A model generated the notes under the pieces. That model was not told the origin of the DNA, searched no databases, and was given only the letters and a program-made list of their open reading frames with translations. This document shows, piece after piece, positions 1 through 12,600 of a stretch of DNA of 64,000 nucleotides (position 1 is its first letter; each line of letters opens with the position of its first letter). Source of the DNA: Setoptus koraiensis (taxonomy: Eukaryota > Animalia > Arthropoda); NCBI GenBank assembly GCA_048013815.1, contig CM106585.1, positions 6,944,001-7,008,000 on the forward strand, in the 5' to 3' direction. The translations under genes were made by a program, and so were the position numbers.

Positions 1-3000
1 TGCCGTCAACAGCGAGACCAGCGACAGCAGATTGAATGGGCCAGGTCGCTGACTATCTGAGCTTGTCATCAGTGATTTTTCGTCTTGCTTTGCGCTCTCT
101 GTCTGTCTCTCTATCAATGTCGCTCATCGACAATTGGTAAGTGGATAAAAGAGCGGATAAACGAGCTGACGACTGAAAGCGGCCGGCGCCGTCGAAAGCG
201 TGCCGATGAAAGCAAACAAAGTGGATAAAGTGGGCGACCTCACAAGTGGGCAACTGCTAGCTGGAAAAAGATGACAATTGAGAGCCACTCGTGACGCCGC
301 GGCCACTCAATTGCAAACATTTTCAAATGTCGCCGCTTTATCCGATTGGTGTCAACCAGCCAGCTAGCGAGCCAACATTTAATTAAAGTCGCCTAATATT
401 GTTACCATTGACCCATTGCCCCGTTACCGTTATTATTTGGCCAATCTCGCATTTGCAATATCGACTACAGATACACCAGCAAAAAGATATAGAGCTGGCT
501 ACGGGTCGAGGGCAGCCCTACAAGCGCTGCCTCGACGCTGTTGACTCGACGCTGTTGACTCGACACTGTCGACTCGACGCTGTCGAGTTAACAGGCACTA
601 TTAAGGGGGTAGAGCAGTGAAAATTGGGTCGCGGGCCCCAATCGGGTGAGAGAGCCCAATGTAAGAGAGACCCAATTTCCGGCCCAGATAAACTCTCTCT
701 CAGGCAGCTCGATATCGCTCTTTCACTGGCTGTTGTCGCGGTTCATGTGTGAACATTGGCACTATTATTATATATACAACTGTTATTATTGTTGTTATTA
801 TTATTATTACTATTATTAATAATATTATTATTGCTATTATTATCATCATTAGCAGTGACACACAGTCCGTTATCTGGCTGCATCTCGTTACAAGCCGGCG
901 CCGGCTAACTGGCTCGCCGGCTGTGGCTCGATTGCGGCCGGGGGAGCCCAGTCAATACGTTCTTACTACTCGTCTCAATAATAGCCAGTAGCACATATGC
1001 CAACCAACCAACCGGCCGACTGATATTCTAATGGGCAGCAGCAAGTGAGCACTGCCATTATATTATCTGCTGTTATAATAAGATGACAGTCAAGTGACAC
1101 AGCCAACAACAAACAACAACATGACAACAGACTCACTGCCGCCACCCTCTGTCAGCCGGCCCGGCGGCCCACACACACCGGGCAACACTCCCACGCACTT
1201 TGCAAACATCCGACTGTGGCCAGGGATCCTTTTAACTGTCCTTTTTATTTTCTGTGTCGCTCGCAGCTCGTTATTGCTCGGGCCCGGCACACTCAGCGGG
1301 GCCGAGATTTTATCCGAGCGCGACTTATCCGAGCGCAATTTGTCCGATTCAAACGGACAGCAAGAGCATCAAGTGTGTGCCGGCGACAACTAAACCAGCG
1401 CCAGTCGCTGGCTATTCATGTAGCCAGCAATATATGCTGCTGTGTACGCTTTATACAAAGCGACTGGCAAGTGCCGGGCCAGGCCGGCGAGCACCAGAAC
1501 AACATAACGTTATATAACGTGGCTGTGCGGGCCGCTGTCGGCCAATATCACGCTGGCCACCAAACTGGGGCCACCGAGATATTGGAGCCGAGCAAATGCA
1601 GCTCAACGCTCAGTATTTATAGTGGCCAACTGGCGGTCATTAATCAAAACTCTATCGCTGTCTCAGACAATCTCGACAAACACACAACTGTGACCTTACA
1701 CTCCGCGAGCTCCGCGAACTCCGCGAACTCCGCAAACTCCGCAAACTCCGAGAGCGAACTCGAGGGCGAGAGAGAGAGAGAGAGAGAGGGGCCAGCTAAT
1801 GGATAAGGAAACCGTCATCGAATCTTATAATAAATGAATATTCTGCCTGAGCGGCCAATTGGAAGCCGTGACAGAGCTACGCCCACGCAATCAATCAGCG
1901 ATATCGTTGGCACGGGGGCCAAGGGGCTAACAGCGAAACAATTATTGTGATTTGGTGGCGAATCGCGCCACTCAGCCACGAATGGCGACGTGAATAGCGT
2001 CATGAATGAAAGAGAGCGACCAATCGTGATTAAATCATGCCCTAATTCATAATGTATGCAGACGACGATGCGCGCCGATACTAGCCGACGGCGCCGGTTA
2101 CCTTGGAAACTTTCCAATCGAAAGTATGCAAAAATAATGAATGAGCGCCAAAAAAGGATCCCCACGAAGGACGCCGAACGAGCGCCAAAAAGCATAATTG
2201 TAATTGAGGTCCCAGTTGCAGGGGCGCTCTGGTTGCCAGTTGAGTGTGCTGCCAGTGCTCGTCAGTATTAATGGCAAGACGGCTCGGCCAGTCGACTGAG
2301 AACCGCCAGTTCTTATCGGCTGGACTTGAGTTAAATGTCAGATTGGCGCCAGGGGCACTGACGTTTGTTGCTGCTGTCAGGGGGGGGGGGAGGGGGGCTC
2401 ATCCGGCCTGTATCACACAGCAATCAATTTGATACCATACCGACGCATGTGTTAAGGGCCGCGAGGGCAGCCTAACGGCGACTGGCCGACTGGCGGACAG
2501 GTGCACAGATATTATTTATTCGGGTCACATTCGGACCGGGCCGATGAGACGCGAAAGAGAGCGAGGCGCCGGGTATGCATGTAGCCGCACATGTATGCTG
2601 TTATGATGATTATCGCCGGGGTCCGCGTCTAAGGGCGGGTTATTAGTCTAGACATAGATGGTCTAGATACATGAATGAGATTAACTCTCAACGCACACAC
2701 ACACACACATAACTGATGACAATCAACACTAATGTATATGTCGCTACTAATGAATACACGGCCAATAACGCCGCCGGCCCCAATACCCGCTACTTCCTGT
2801 GGCCGGGGCGCACCCACATTATATATATATCATGATATTATCATGTAACTGATCGTTATGTGGAGCATTATGTATGATTGCGCGCTCGTGATAACGCGCG
2901 CAGCGAAAAGGGGCCAGCTTGTCGGGCTTGCAGTTGGTAACCAATTTCACAACTGGCGCCAGTGATTTTTACTCGTGCCAGTTGTGAAATTCGCTGCCAG

Positions 3001-4634
3001 TTGATGGTCTGTCGTCGCCCTGTCGTTGCTGTTGTTGTTGCTGTACAGCAACAACGGCAACAACGGCGTCGACTGCAGCCCGCAATGGATATAAATAACG
3101 CGCGCACAGTTGATATAAATATAGCGCTTGTCTGGCCAGTTTGGCCAGCCAGCGAGCTGGCGATTTTTTAATGGCCAATAATCATCAACTGACCAGCTGC
3201 AGACGCTTGAAAATGCCAACAATATGAGCTGTTGAGATGATGGCGCTGCTGCCGTTTGCGGCATTTATCCATGGCCAACAATGATCAATGGCGCTCGTTA
3301 CGTAACGGAAATACTAATGGCGACACTGTCATCAAGGTATCACGGCCGCTGTGAGTGGGCCGGCATCGGGGTCAGCGTCTCAAACGGACACAAACCGATG
3401 GGAGCGGATATATTAGTGCAACATAAGCGACATACACATGAGTATATTAGACGGACATTGACTAATGGCACCGGGGAGGTGTCGTATTATACATGGCCCA
3501 TGTAACACGGGGCCGTCATGCGGCGACAACTGTCATGCAAACAACTGTCGTCTGAAATGTATCAACAAGGCGATATCTCAATATGTGCTGTCAACTAATA
3601 TTGCTGCCGATATCTGGACAGTGTATGCAGCTATATGGAGCCGTCTGGTGTCGGGGCCCAGATATAACTCGGGGTCGGCTCGTGTGACACGTACAAACAA
3701 GTGGTTGCAAGTGTGTTAACAGCGAGGCCCCGCTGCCACTGTCATTTGGTGTGTACACATGCGGGGTTTGTTTGCCGCAAAAAGTGTCATGTGCCACTTA
3801 AATCACCATTGAGAGCCGCCAGCGAAAGCCATGGGGCCCGCGACACAATATTAGCGACACAGTATTAGCGACACAATATTAGCGACTGTTTGCAAACACT
3901 TTTATATATATTAGTGGCAGCCGTTTCGCACCCAGCCAGCCAGTAATTTGGATCATGTTGGCCGGCGTCGTGCGAAATACTGCTCAAACAGACTGATCGC
4001 ATGTCCGCAGCCAGTTCGGCTGCTCGGTGTCGCCTAATGCGTTTGCTGGATAAACAATGTAAGCCTATCCAGCCTCAATTATCAATTTGGTTGTTGCAGC
4101 ACTCAAGCAACTTGCATAACGGGCCCCACGCCACACACACACACTCGCACTGCCGGCACACAACCCAACGTTACGTAAGTGCATATGCGAGGCCGGCCGG
4201 CCGGCGTCTAGATATTAAATGAGCCAGAAATAATGATGATGAATTTGTCAGTCTCTTATCTGTTAAGTGCTAAGATATCGCCGGCCGGCCGGCAACTTTT
4301 TTCGCCGCTCTGTGTCCGCCCATTTGTTAGACTCGCATTCGTGTTCGATGGCAAGCTCGTTGAGGAGCGTCGCATTTGCACATGTCATGATTGGGGCGCC
4401 GCAGCGTTTGTAATGCGTAACGTTTGCAGCGCCAGCGGCCTGACACAGCACCAACAACAAAGTTAAACAAATGTTAATGGACTAAATTGCTTCTCTCTAT
4501 AATTCCGGCCCTCGCTAGCGCGCGCTCATCAAGCAAATGAATTTCGCTATATTTACATTCCGGTTCATATGACAAGCTCGCCAAGCGGCCACTGGCACTT
4601 TCGACGCGACTCGATCGATCGAGAGGGGCCCGGT

Positions 4635-4735
4635 TCGGTTCCGTTCAGTTCCGTTCAGTTCCGTCTGGTTCCGTCTGGCTCCGTCTGGCTCCGTCTGGCT
4701 CCGTCGGGTTCCATCGGGTTCCATCGGGTTCCGTA
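4635..4735. repeat. 10-bp tandem minisatellite (GTTCCGTCTG / GCTCCGTCTG / GTTCCATCGG variants)
   Basis: About 10 adjacent diverging decamers read directly. Confidence 0.85.
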
Positions 4736-4947
4736 ACCGGGCCGTCGTTTTGTTCCGTTCGGTTGGCTGGTCAGCGCTGGCTCGCATGTTGTTTGCCATA
4801 TTAATCAATCGATTCGCCAATGTCACTGCGCCAACAACGACACTTGATACCGGCGCGGCGCCCATAGAACACCAAACATGACACACACGCACATTCGTCA
4901 AGTTACACGATGGATATTGATTGCAAGCGGCCTCAGCAGCATTTGGC

Positions 4948-4987
<40 letters not shown>

Positions 4988-6263
4988 ACTGACATATCCT
5001 CTAATGGGCCTCATTTAGTGGCCACCGACTTGAGTGAGTGGCGAATTTGAGCGCAATGAACGCCGCACAAAGCCAAACAATGGCCCCTCACCTCACATTA
5101 CTTTGGCTCGTGTTAGTAGATTACAGTTGCATTTAGGTTGCAGCCAGGATATTCGCAAATCTCTGTTCTGGCAAATTTTTGCCAACACACAAAAGCGCGC
5201 GCGAGGTCAAAGTTTGCTCCTCTGGGGTTATTTCAATGTCGAGTCGGTGGCTCGGCAAACACTGTGTGTTCAAACTGCGCATTGGATGAGAGGCTGGCTT
5301 GATTGAGACCGATAACACACACTTACAAAGTGAGATGCTGGCAAAAAAGATCAATAAATAGGGGCCAGCATTATGGATTAAAAGAGCAGGGGCAAGAGGG
5401 GGCGCCCGGCACAGACAGGCGATAGAGAGCGAGCGAGAGAGAATGATTATCAGCGAGCACACACACACACTGGAACAACACTGGTTATCAAATATCCGGA
5501 GGATAGATAAGGAATCGGCCTTTTGTGGGGCCACTCTCAATCTCTATCTATCAAATAGACAGACTACATTAGTCTTGTGTGCCGCTCGGGCTACCGAGAG
5601 GCACAGCCAAAAAGAATAGAACGCTCCCTCTCGCTGTGCCTCGCATTGCACAAACGCACTTTTGTTTGCCTTGCTCTCTCATATGCTTCTCCGAGGCTCG
5701 CCTGGTCTCGCTCTGGCACGCCGGCCGGCCGGCCCGAATGCCGCAGCCGCTCCTCTAACCACGATTCATGATCCCACTGTTTACATTGCAGTCAAGATTT
5801 ACTCAATGAAAACCAATTCAATAAGCTATCTTGAGAAAGCAACTTATCGGCTGTTGATATGTTACGTTTCAATTAGAGCCTCTCATGCCAACTAATAACA
5901 GCCATTAATGACTCGCCTCGTCTGTCTGTCTGTCTCGGGGCGCTGCGCCGCGCCGCACCGCGCCGCACTGTGCAGCAACGGGCCGGACTGGGCCAGCGCT
6001 AATGGCCGGTGGCACTGCCACCGAGTCACTCTAATCTGAATCTAATAAACAAAAAAAAACCAAAACCACTTGAACATTCGGCCAAACGCATCCAACGAAT
6101 ACTGGCGGCCCGATAAAGATGACACGTCCACACACCCGTCCCGCTCGCTATAGCTTGCCGGCGGCGGGCTCGCTCTGGCTTACGGGCGACGGGCTCGCTC
6201 TGGCTTACGGGTGTCGGGCGTCCGGCGGCCGGCTGCGGCCTGGGCAGTCGGGTGCGCACTTAC

Positions 6264-6509
6264 CTCCTTCACAGGTATGTCGGTGTCCATGAGTGCGCCC
6301 ATGTCGATGCCGTCTTGCAGATAGTAATTAGAGTGGGGCGCGTTCTCGACCACTATCGATTCGCGCACAAAACTCTTGCAATCCCTTCTAACGATATAGG
6401 CAATCCATGATATGTAGCGCAGGTGATTCTTTGGCACAGAATTCAAATCCATGAAGAATAATTTGAGGCGCATATTCTCACCATCGTTGTCGGCCTCGAC
6501 GCACCAGGT
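6264..6509 (-). CDS. Exon 3 (82 codons) of the MATH-like protein; later exons not found in the window
   Basis: gaacAG|ACC TGG gives TWCVEADNDGENMRLKLFFMDLNSVPKNHLRYISWIAY...PHSNYY...MDTDIPVKE|GTAAGT; phase 0 at both ends. Confidence 0.85.
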
Positions 6510-6766
6510 CTGTTCCATTGTGATTCCATTTTGGTTCCATTGGAATCGTTTCGTCGCGATTGGCGATTTGCGCCACCAGGGTCCGAAAGAACGAGAAACG
6601 TGCGTTGTTGTGAGTGTGTCTGGTTGCGGCAGATTGATTGTTTGATTGGGCCAGTGGCAGCGGTGACACTTGGGGGATCCCCACTCGCCGATCGCGACCT
6701 CGGGCCCGCTCCAAAACGGAGCACTCTCAATCAACTTTAGAGCGGGCAGTGCCCCGCGAGACTTAC

Positions 6767-8086
6767 CTGTTTGTTCCGGTCGCTACAGTTGCTTATTTGG
6801 GCCTGGCTAGGATTCCTGTGCAGCGGCACTCGGGCCTCGCTAATGGTATTGGCACAAAACATTTCTATGTGAACGCGTAGGTCCAACATGGATGAACTTT
6901 GGGCACTGTTTTGGCTAGACGAATGATTGGAGCCACTAGAATGATAGTGTCCCCTGTGATAGGACGACGATGAGCTGGCAATGTGCGACGAATTGTTCGC
7001 CGAGGAAGACGGATTTTGGCTAGATTTAATTGATATCAAATTCAATATGTTCGTTTGGTTGAATTGATAGCCCCTAATGCGGCCGCCCACGTCAGATATC
7101 TGATCTAGTATTTGCGAGTCGGCATATTCGTTCAGATTATCATTGGGCACCATCAATTGATTGCTGTTATTAGCCGAGCCAACTGTGGTATTCACTGGCG
7201 GGGGCACCGAATTTATTGTTGTTGCTGTCGTATTGGATCCAGTGGCTGCCGTTGCCACCCCAGTTGACATGGTCTGATCATTAGACGATGCCCCTGCGGC
7301 AGCAACATTGGGCTGCAGATGATGACCTAATATTATGCGATACTTAACGCGACATAGACTATCAAATCCGCTCAGTCTGTTAAGATACACACGACAAATT
7401 GGTTCAGTTTGGCCGGTTGATACTGCTGATCTGTTCTGATTACTGTTATTACCATTATTGTTATTGTTATTATTATTATTATGCGACGATTGTTGCTGAT
7501 TGGGCGGCGAAAAGTGGCGTTTGCTATTATTGCTACTGTTGTGGTGATGATGCACCAATGGCACTATGCTGAGCGACCAATCAAAGGCACCAAATGAAAA
7601 ATAATTAGTCTCTAATTTAATATTGTTCAATGTGCTAGTTGACGATGAGCTGGACTGGTGCTGTTGCTGATGATGATCGCTGCTGTTGTTGGCATTGTTT
7701 GTATCACTTGCTGCTGCTGTTAGATTTGTTTGAGACGACGACGAGCCACCAAACAGATTTGTAACCAAATTAGCGCCCAACAATGAATTGGATGAGGATT
7801 TTAGACTAGACGAAGACGATCCGCTTGTTTGTTGCTGTTGTTGCTGCTGTTGTTGTTGTTGCTGCTGGTGATGATGATGATCGGCGCTGTTCTGATGGTG
7901 CATCATTCCTGATTGGTGTTGATTTAGTAACGTTTTATATTGAGACAAAGTGGTCGGACTGACTTGTATATCACATTCAAATATAGTTGTTATGTTGCTC
8001 AATGATAATTCAAATAGAAATTCGCCCGTTTCATTGCTGAATCGCCTCTCAATCAGATCCGACATCAGTATCCAACGTGGAACACC
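6767..8086 (-). CDS. Exon 2 (440 codons) of the MATH-like protein, inflated by polyQ/S/N/H tracts
   Basis: Contains RRFSNETGEFLFELSL, KLETNYFSFGAFDWSLSIVP, VYLNRLSGFDSLCRVKYRIILG and LRVHIEMFCANT. Ends DRNKQ|GTAAGT. Confidence 0.9.
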
Positions 8087-8849
8087 CTACACGCGCAAAT
8101 ATAGTATAATATAGTCCATTCCGATTATATTATTTGCACCAATAGATTAGCGGGAATAAACAGAGTAACAAAGATTAGATTAGTTAGGAAATTAATTAAA
8201 TGGTGCTTGTCATAATAAGATAAAATTAATTCTCGTTTTTGTTTTTCATCTGCACCAGATCTGTCTGGTGCTGGTAGGCGCTTGTTATGTTATGGTAATG
8301 ACATTATTAATTTTATATTCAAAAGAGCGCGCTAAAAAAGCCAAACTATTTGTAGAATTAATGCGCACAATAGGGGAAAAATCAACGCAAACCAGCCATC
8401 ATGGCTGCATCCATGGCTTGCATATTCATTTCCTTTCCCCCTCGACACCGGAAATGGATTGAGCGCGCCAGCACTATATTGTTGTTGTCGTTGCATTATT
8501 CTACAAGTTTCTAGTAGTATTTTTTATTATGCAAATTATGCGTATAAAACAGTTTGACAAACAGCTTTTTTCTATTATTATTATTATTTATTTGTTTTCA
8601 TCTATCAACATACGACGAGAAAACGGTTCACAAGAGCAGCTCTTGAAAAAGGATTTAATTTACATTTTGTCAACAAAGGCCTCGAAATATGCTCTTTTGG
8701 AGCCGGCCCCCAGTATAAGATAATTGCATCGGTCTAGGCAGCGAATTCTCCAAAAACACACACGCACACACACGAACGAGTGTCGAGCAACACTAATCGA
8801 TTAGTTTGTATGCATGTTATAGGGACAGCCTGACGGAGGCGAAGACAAG

Positions 8850-9600
8850 GTAATCTTCTTTCGTCTATAAAACGATGCATAGTTTATCTATTGGGCGAAC
8901 AACGACAGAGAATTTCCATCGTGCCCCCGCTATCGTAGCGATTGTATCGTTGGAATTTGTTTGATGGATGGGCTCGTGTCAAACAGGCCTCATACGTTTG
9001 TGTGGGGCTGATATGAATACATAAAGTCTCGCCGATATACGCCGAACAAGATTGTGACATTACGGGCCTTGTCATTATTGGTTTTTGGATAAATAATTCA
9101 AGTTGAAATTATATTCAAATATGCACCGACAGGATGAGCATTTGCAAATGTTTTACTTCCGATTGTGAATACTTACAATCGGAAATAAAATCCGTCAAAA
9201 GGCATTATAATTTGTAAGATTGTTTGATGCGCGAAAATCTTTGCCTGCACACAATTGCCAATGGTCGTGCTCTTCCTATATTGACGGCATGTGACAAGAA
9301 AAAAACTTCGTCGGCTCAACTATATTAATAGTCCCAGAAAAATACCAGCAAATTCAAAGGGGCCTGGCCGGCGTGTAGCTCGAGCAGCGCTTTTCAACGA
9401 TGGACCAGGAATCACAAGAAAGCCATCTGAAGCCTTAAAAGAGCTTATTATTTGGTGCACACATTGCGGGGTATATCCACTGTGAGCTGGCCGTTGGTTG
9501 GTCATTAAAACATCAATATAAAGTTTTAACAACGAACCGAATGAAGCATTCCATGAAGGCGCAATCCAACGGCTCTGGCCGAAGGGAGCGGAAAACAACC
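8850..9600 (-). mobile_element. Highly decayed pogo/Tc2-like transposase remnant inside the large intron
   Basis: Minus-strand translations in the expected order: LKLYID...RP...HQIISSFKASDGFL (CENP-B HTH-like FKASxGW), RQYRKSTTIGN (IGNMDET-like), KTNNDKARNVTILFGV (KTTGxEKxxxTV-like). Many stops; no clean TIRs. Confidence 0.35.
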
Positions 9601-12600
9601 AAATAAACAGTAAAGGGTGCTAAATTGGAATTGTAAGGCTATAAAATACAATGTATATAAAACCAGACGGATTGTATACACAGGGTGCCTGTGTCCACTA
9701 TCGTAGTTTAAAACGCAGTGAGACTTTTGAGGATTTGTTTGTCTAGGTGGCGCTGGTGACAGTGACACACTAGCACTAAATTAGCAAAGTGTTGGTAGTG
9801 GCAGCGTAAAAGGAGACATCGCGGGGGAGTAGCATCAGTGGCATCGGTTGGCCGGTGCTGCTTTCAATTTGAAACGGCAAACAGAGAGCAATATTCATGT
9901 GGCATCCGCACTTGGTGTACATGTCGATTGTTGGCTTTGTCGGGGGCCCCAACAAAGAGCGCCACACAGCAGCAGTGATTGGCCAGCAACCAATCACAGT
10001 GGCCTGTGGCGACTGTCGTGCTGTTAGCTATCGGAAACAGCCATCGGCTTTGAGCGTTGGCCAGTGTTGCGCAATGGCTTTTTTTTCGTGTCTAGCCGTA
10101 CACCGATTTTTGGCCGGACAGCCGGCGCTCACAAGCCAGACATTGTAAACATGAACTAGACATTGTAGACACGAGCTAGACATTTCAGACGCGAGCCCAG
10201 ACAGGCTGCACGTGAGCCAGACTGACCGCGATGGATGACTCGATTAACTTTTTCGTCTGGCCATCATGAGCACCATTGAAGCTGACCAAACAGTGACTGT
10301 CACGAGTAACTGTCCGCGAGCTGGCGTCAGACGAGAGCCGAATGAAAAATACGACCGCAAGCAGGCGCACCGGCAAGAGTTGCGAATCAAATTATTATGC
10401 TAAAGTGGCAATTGCAATCATCATTGCGAACGGCTTTTTATTACAGTGTGTGGGTGACGAGGGCACAATTTTTGCGAAGCCGTGATTAGGACATAAAGTG
10501 ATACAGCGAACGCTAATGAACGCTTAGTGGACATGGCAGCCTTTGATTGGATGGTACTATGGCGGGGATCAATTACTGCGCTGCTACTCATATCATATGA
10601 GTCATATGAGCTAGCCAGGGGCCTCGCCTGTGACAATGGCTGTCATTTTGAATCAAAGTATACAGAGATTGTTTTTGTTCACAGGGTAGCGCGCCATTGA
10701 CCATTGCAATTGGGCCCCAATTTAACAAACTTGTAGCGAGCTCGCTTGCGCTGCACTGACAATATCGCGTCGTGTCGCTGGCAAAAGCTTACATACATTT
10801 GGCCCACAATGCAATTGGCAAGATGGAGTAGATGCACGAGCGTATAGCTTTTATTTGGCTCTTCATCAATCTCGTCCGGTGGCCACTCCGCTGATTGATA
10901 CTACATCTCTAGTGGTCTCGGTGCTGTATATCTCGATGGTGTGTCCTTGTCAGTTACGGACAACTCCGTGCTGTCGGCCAGCGCCGCTCAGCGGACTGCC
11001 TTTTTTCGGTGGGAGGGCGAGAGATAGAAGAGACAAAACAACAAAGAGCCCAAATGGCGGGTCCACGACGAGAGAGGCCCAAAAGCAAACTCGCCGCGCC
11101 GCGCCGCGCCAATTCCTGGGATATGTGTGTCGATGGGCACTCTCGCCGGCTCGCACAGACGTGACCCCGGGCTGCTCGTCTGGCGGCATTGTTGATCGGA
11201 GTGGATGCCACTGGAACGTATACGCACATTGGCGCGCGCTTCCAAGAACGGGCCCCATTAAGGCGCTAGAGCCGCCGCATTTCGGCATCCACATATTGAT
11301 GGCGTCTGCGAGCTGGCCCACATTACCTTGGTGTGAGTGCGCCAGCAGTTGTGAGTTAGAAGCAGGAGCTCGCCCATCGATTGCGCGCGATTGAAACCTA
11401 GGCGAGAGCAGATTTTTTAATGGCGATTGCCAATTGGTCAAGTATGGCTCAAGTGCCGATATCCGTGCGTGTCCGGCTGTGCGTGTATTATATCTGGCTG
11501 CAAGTGTCAGTTTGCGTTCGATGCCGGCAAATCGTCAAGTGCGAATACGTCAGCTGGACGAAAATTGGACATATCATTGGCGTTGGCTCACCATATCCAA
11601 TGGTCTAATGGTTGCACATCAAAATCAGATCATATGAAACTACATGTGACTCGTTGGGCTCGCTCAACATTTGGCCAGCGGCCGATCCAGCCAACTCGAA
11701 CTGCCCGTCGGACTGTGACCGTCACGGAGATGCTGCCAGATTCTGGCGGCCAGAAGCTCATAAACAACGACCACTCGCTGCAGAGGATGAAACAAACAAA
11801 CAGTGGCACCTACGCTGGCATGGACGCTGCAATTTAATTAGTCAGTTCGCAATTATCAATTTGCACCGAGCAAATTGCGCGCCGCGCCGCGCTCCCCTTT
11901 TTGTCGAGGCGCCCCATTTTGGTGGGCCGTGTTGTTGTTGTTGTTGTTCTGTCAATTTGGCTACTGCTGCTGCTTCCGCCAGCCCGGCTGCAAATGGTGA
12001 GGCGCTCCAATGAGCCGACCATTGGGCCGGCTAGCGGCCAGCCCGGCAAGCACGTAGATGCTTCATTTGGCTAGCGCCAGCACGCTGCGTCATTAGCGGC
12101 GCGCCGGAGGTCAACGGCGGAAGCCACTCAAGTACAGCAATGGGGCGCGCTGCTGGTCATTTATAACGGTGACGAGTCTATCGAGCATAAGCCATTATTG
12201 AGCCATATGGTTGCTTATTGGCCAGTGTGTGTGTGTGTGTGTGCGCGTTGTGAGCCGGCTGCGAAGGGCTCAGTTTTCAAGCGGCGCACAACCGAGCCAA
12301 CCAAATTAAATGTCATAAACGGGGCCCCCGAGCGAATCACGGGCGATTCGCGGGCCTCAATGCAAAATTGAAAATCTCTTACTCTGGTCTGGTCAACTCT
12401 GGCGCTTGCCGGCCTCAATTGCAGGTGAGCTGTTTAGTGGACTGCACGGCCACTGCGCCTTTGGAGCATCTTGCAAACAACTGTATATACCGGTATAAAT
12501 GTAACGTCATTTAGTTTGCTGTGATTTAGCCAGCGACAGCAAGTGGCCAGCTAAGCCCGGCTCGCCAATGAAGCTTGACATAATACCGTTATAATCATAT

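Noticed and set aside
53-253. Possible last exon of the MATH-like gene
   Set aside because: Does not show the conserved C-terminal coiled-coil sequence expected for the family; the remaining exons probably lie outside the window.
1094-1806. Plus-strand ORFs of 99 and 196 aa, one with a hydrophobic stretch
   Set aside because: Alternative starts, repeat-derived tails, no recognisable motif or exon structure.
8884-9075. YIGET word suggesting a Penelope GIY-YIG endonuclease
   Set aside because: The downstream RLxEH motif is absent, and another frame fits a pogo/Tc2 remnant better.
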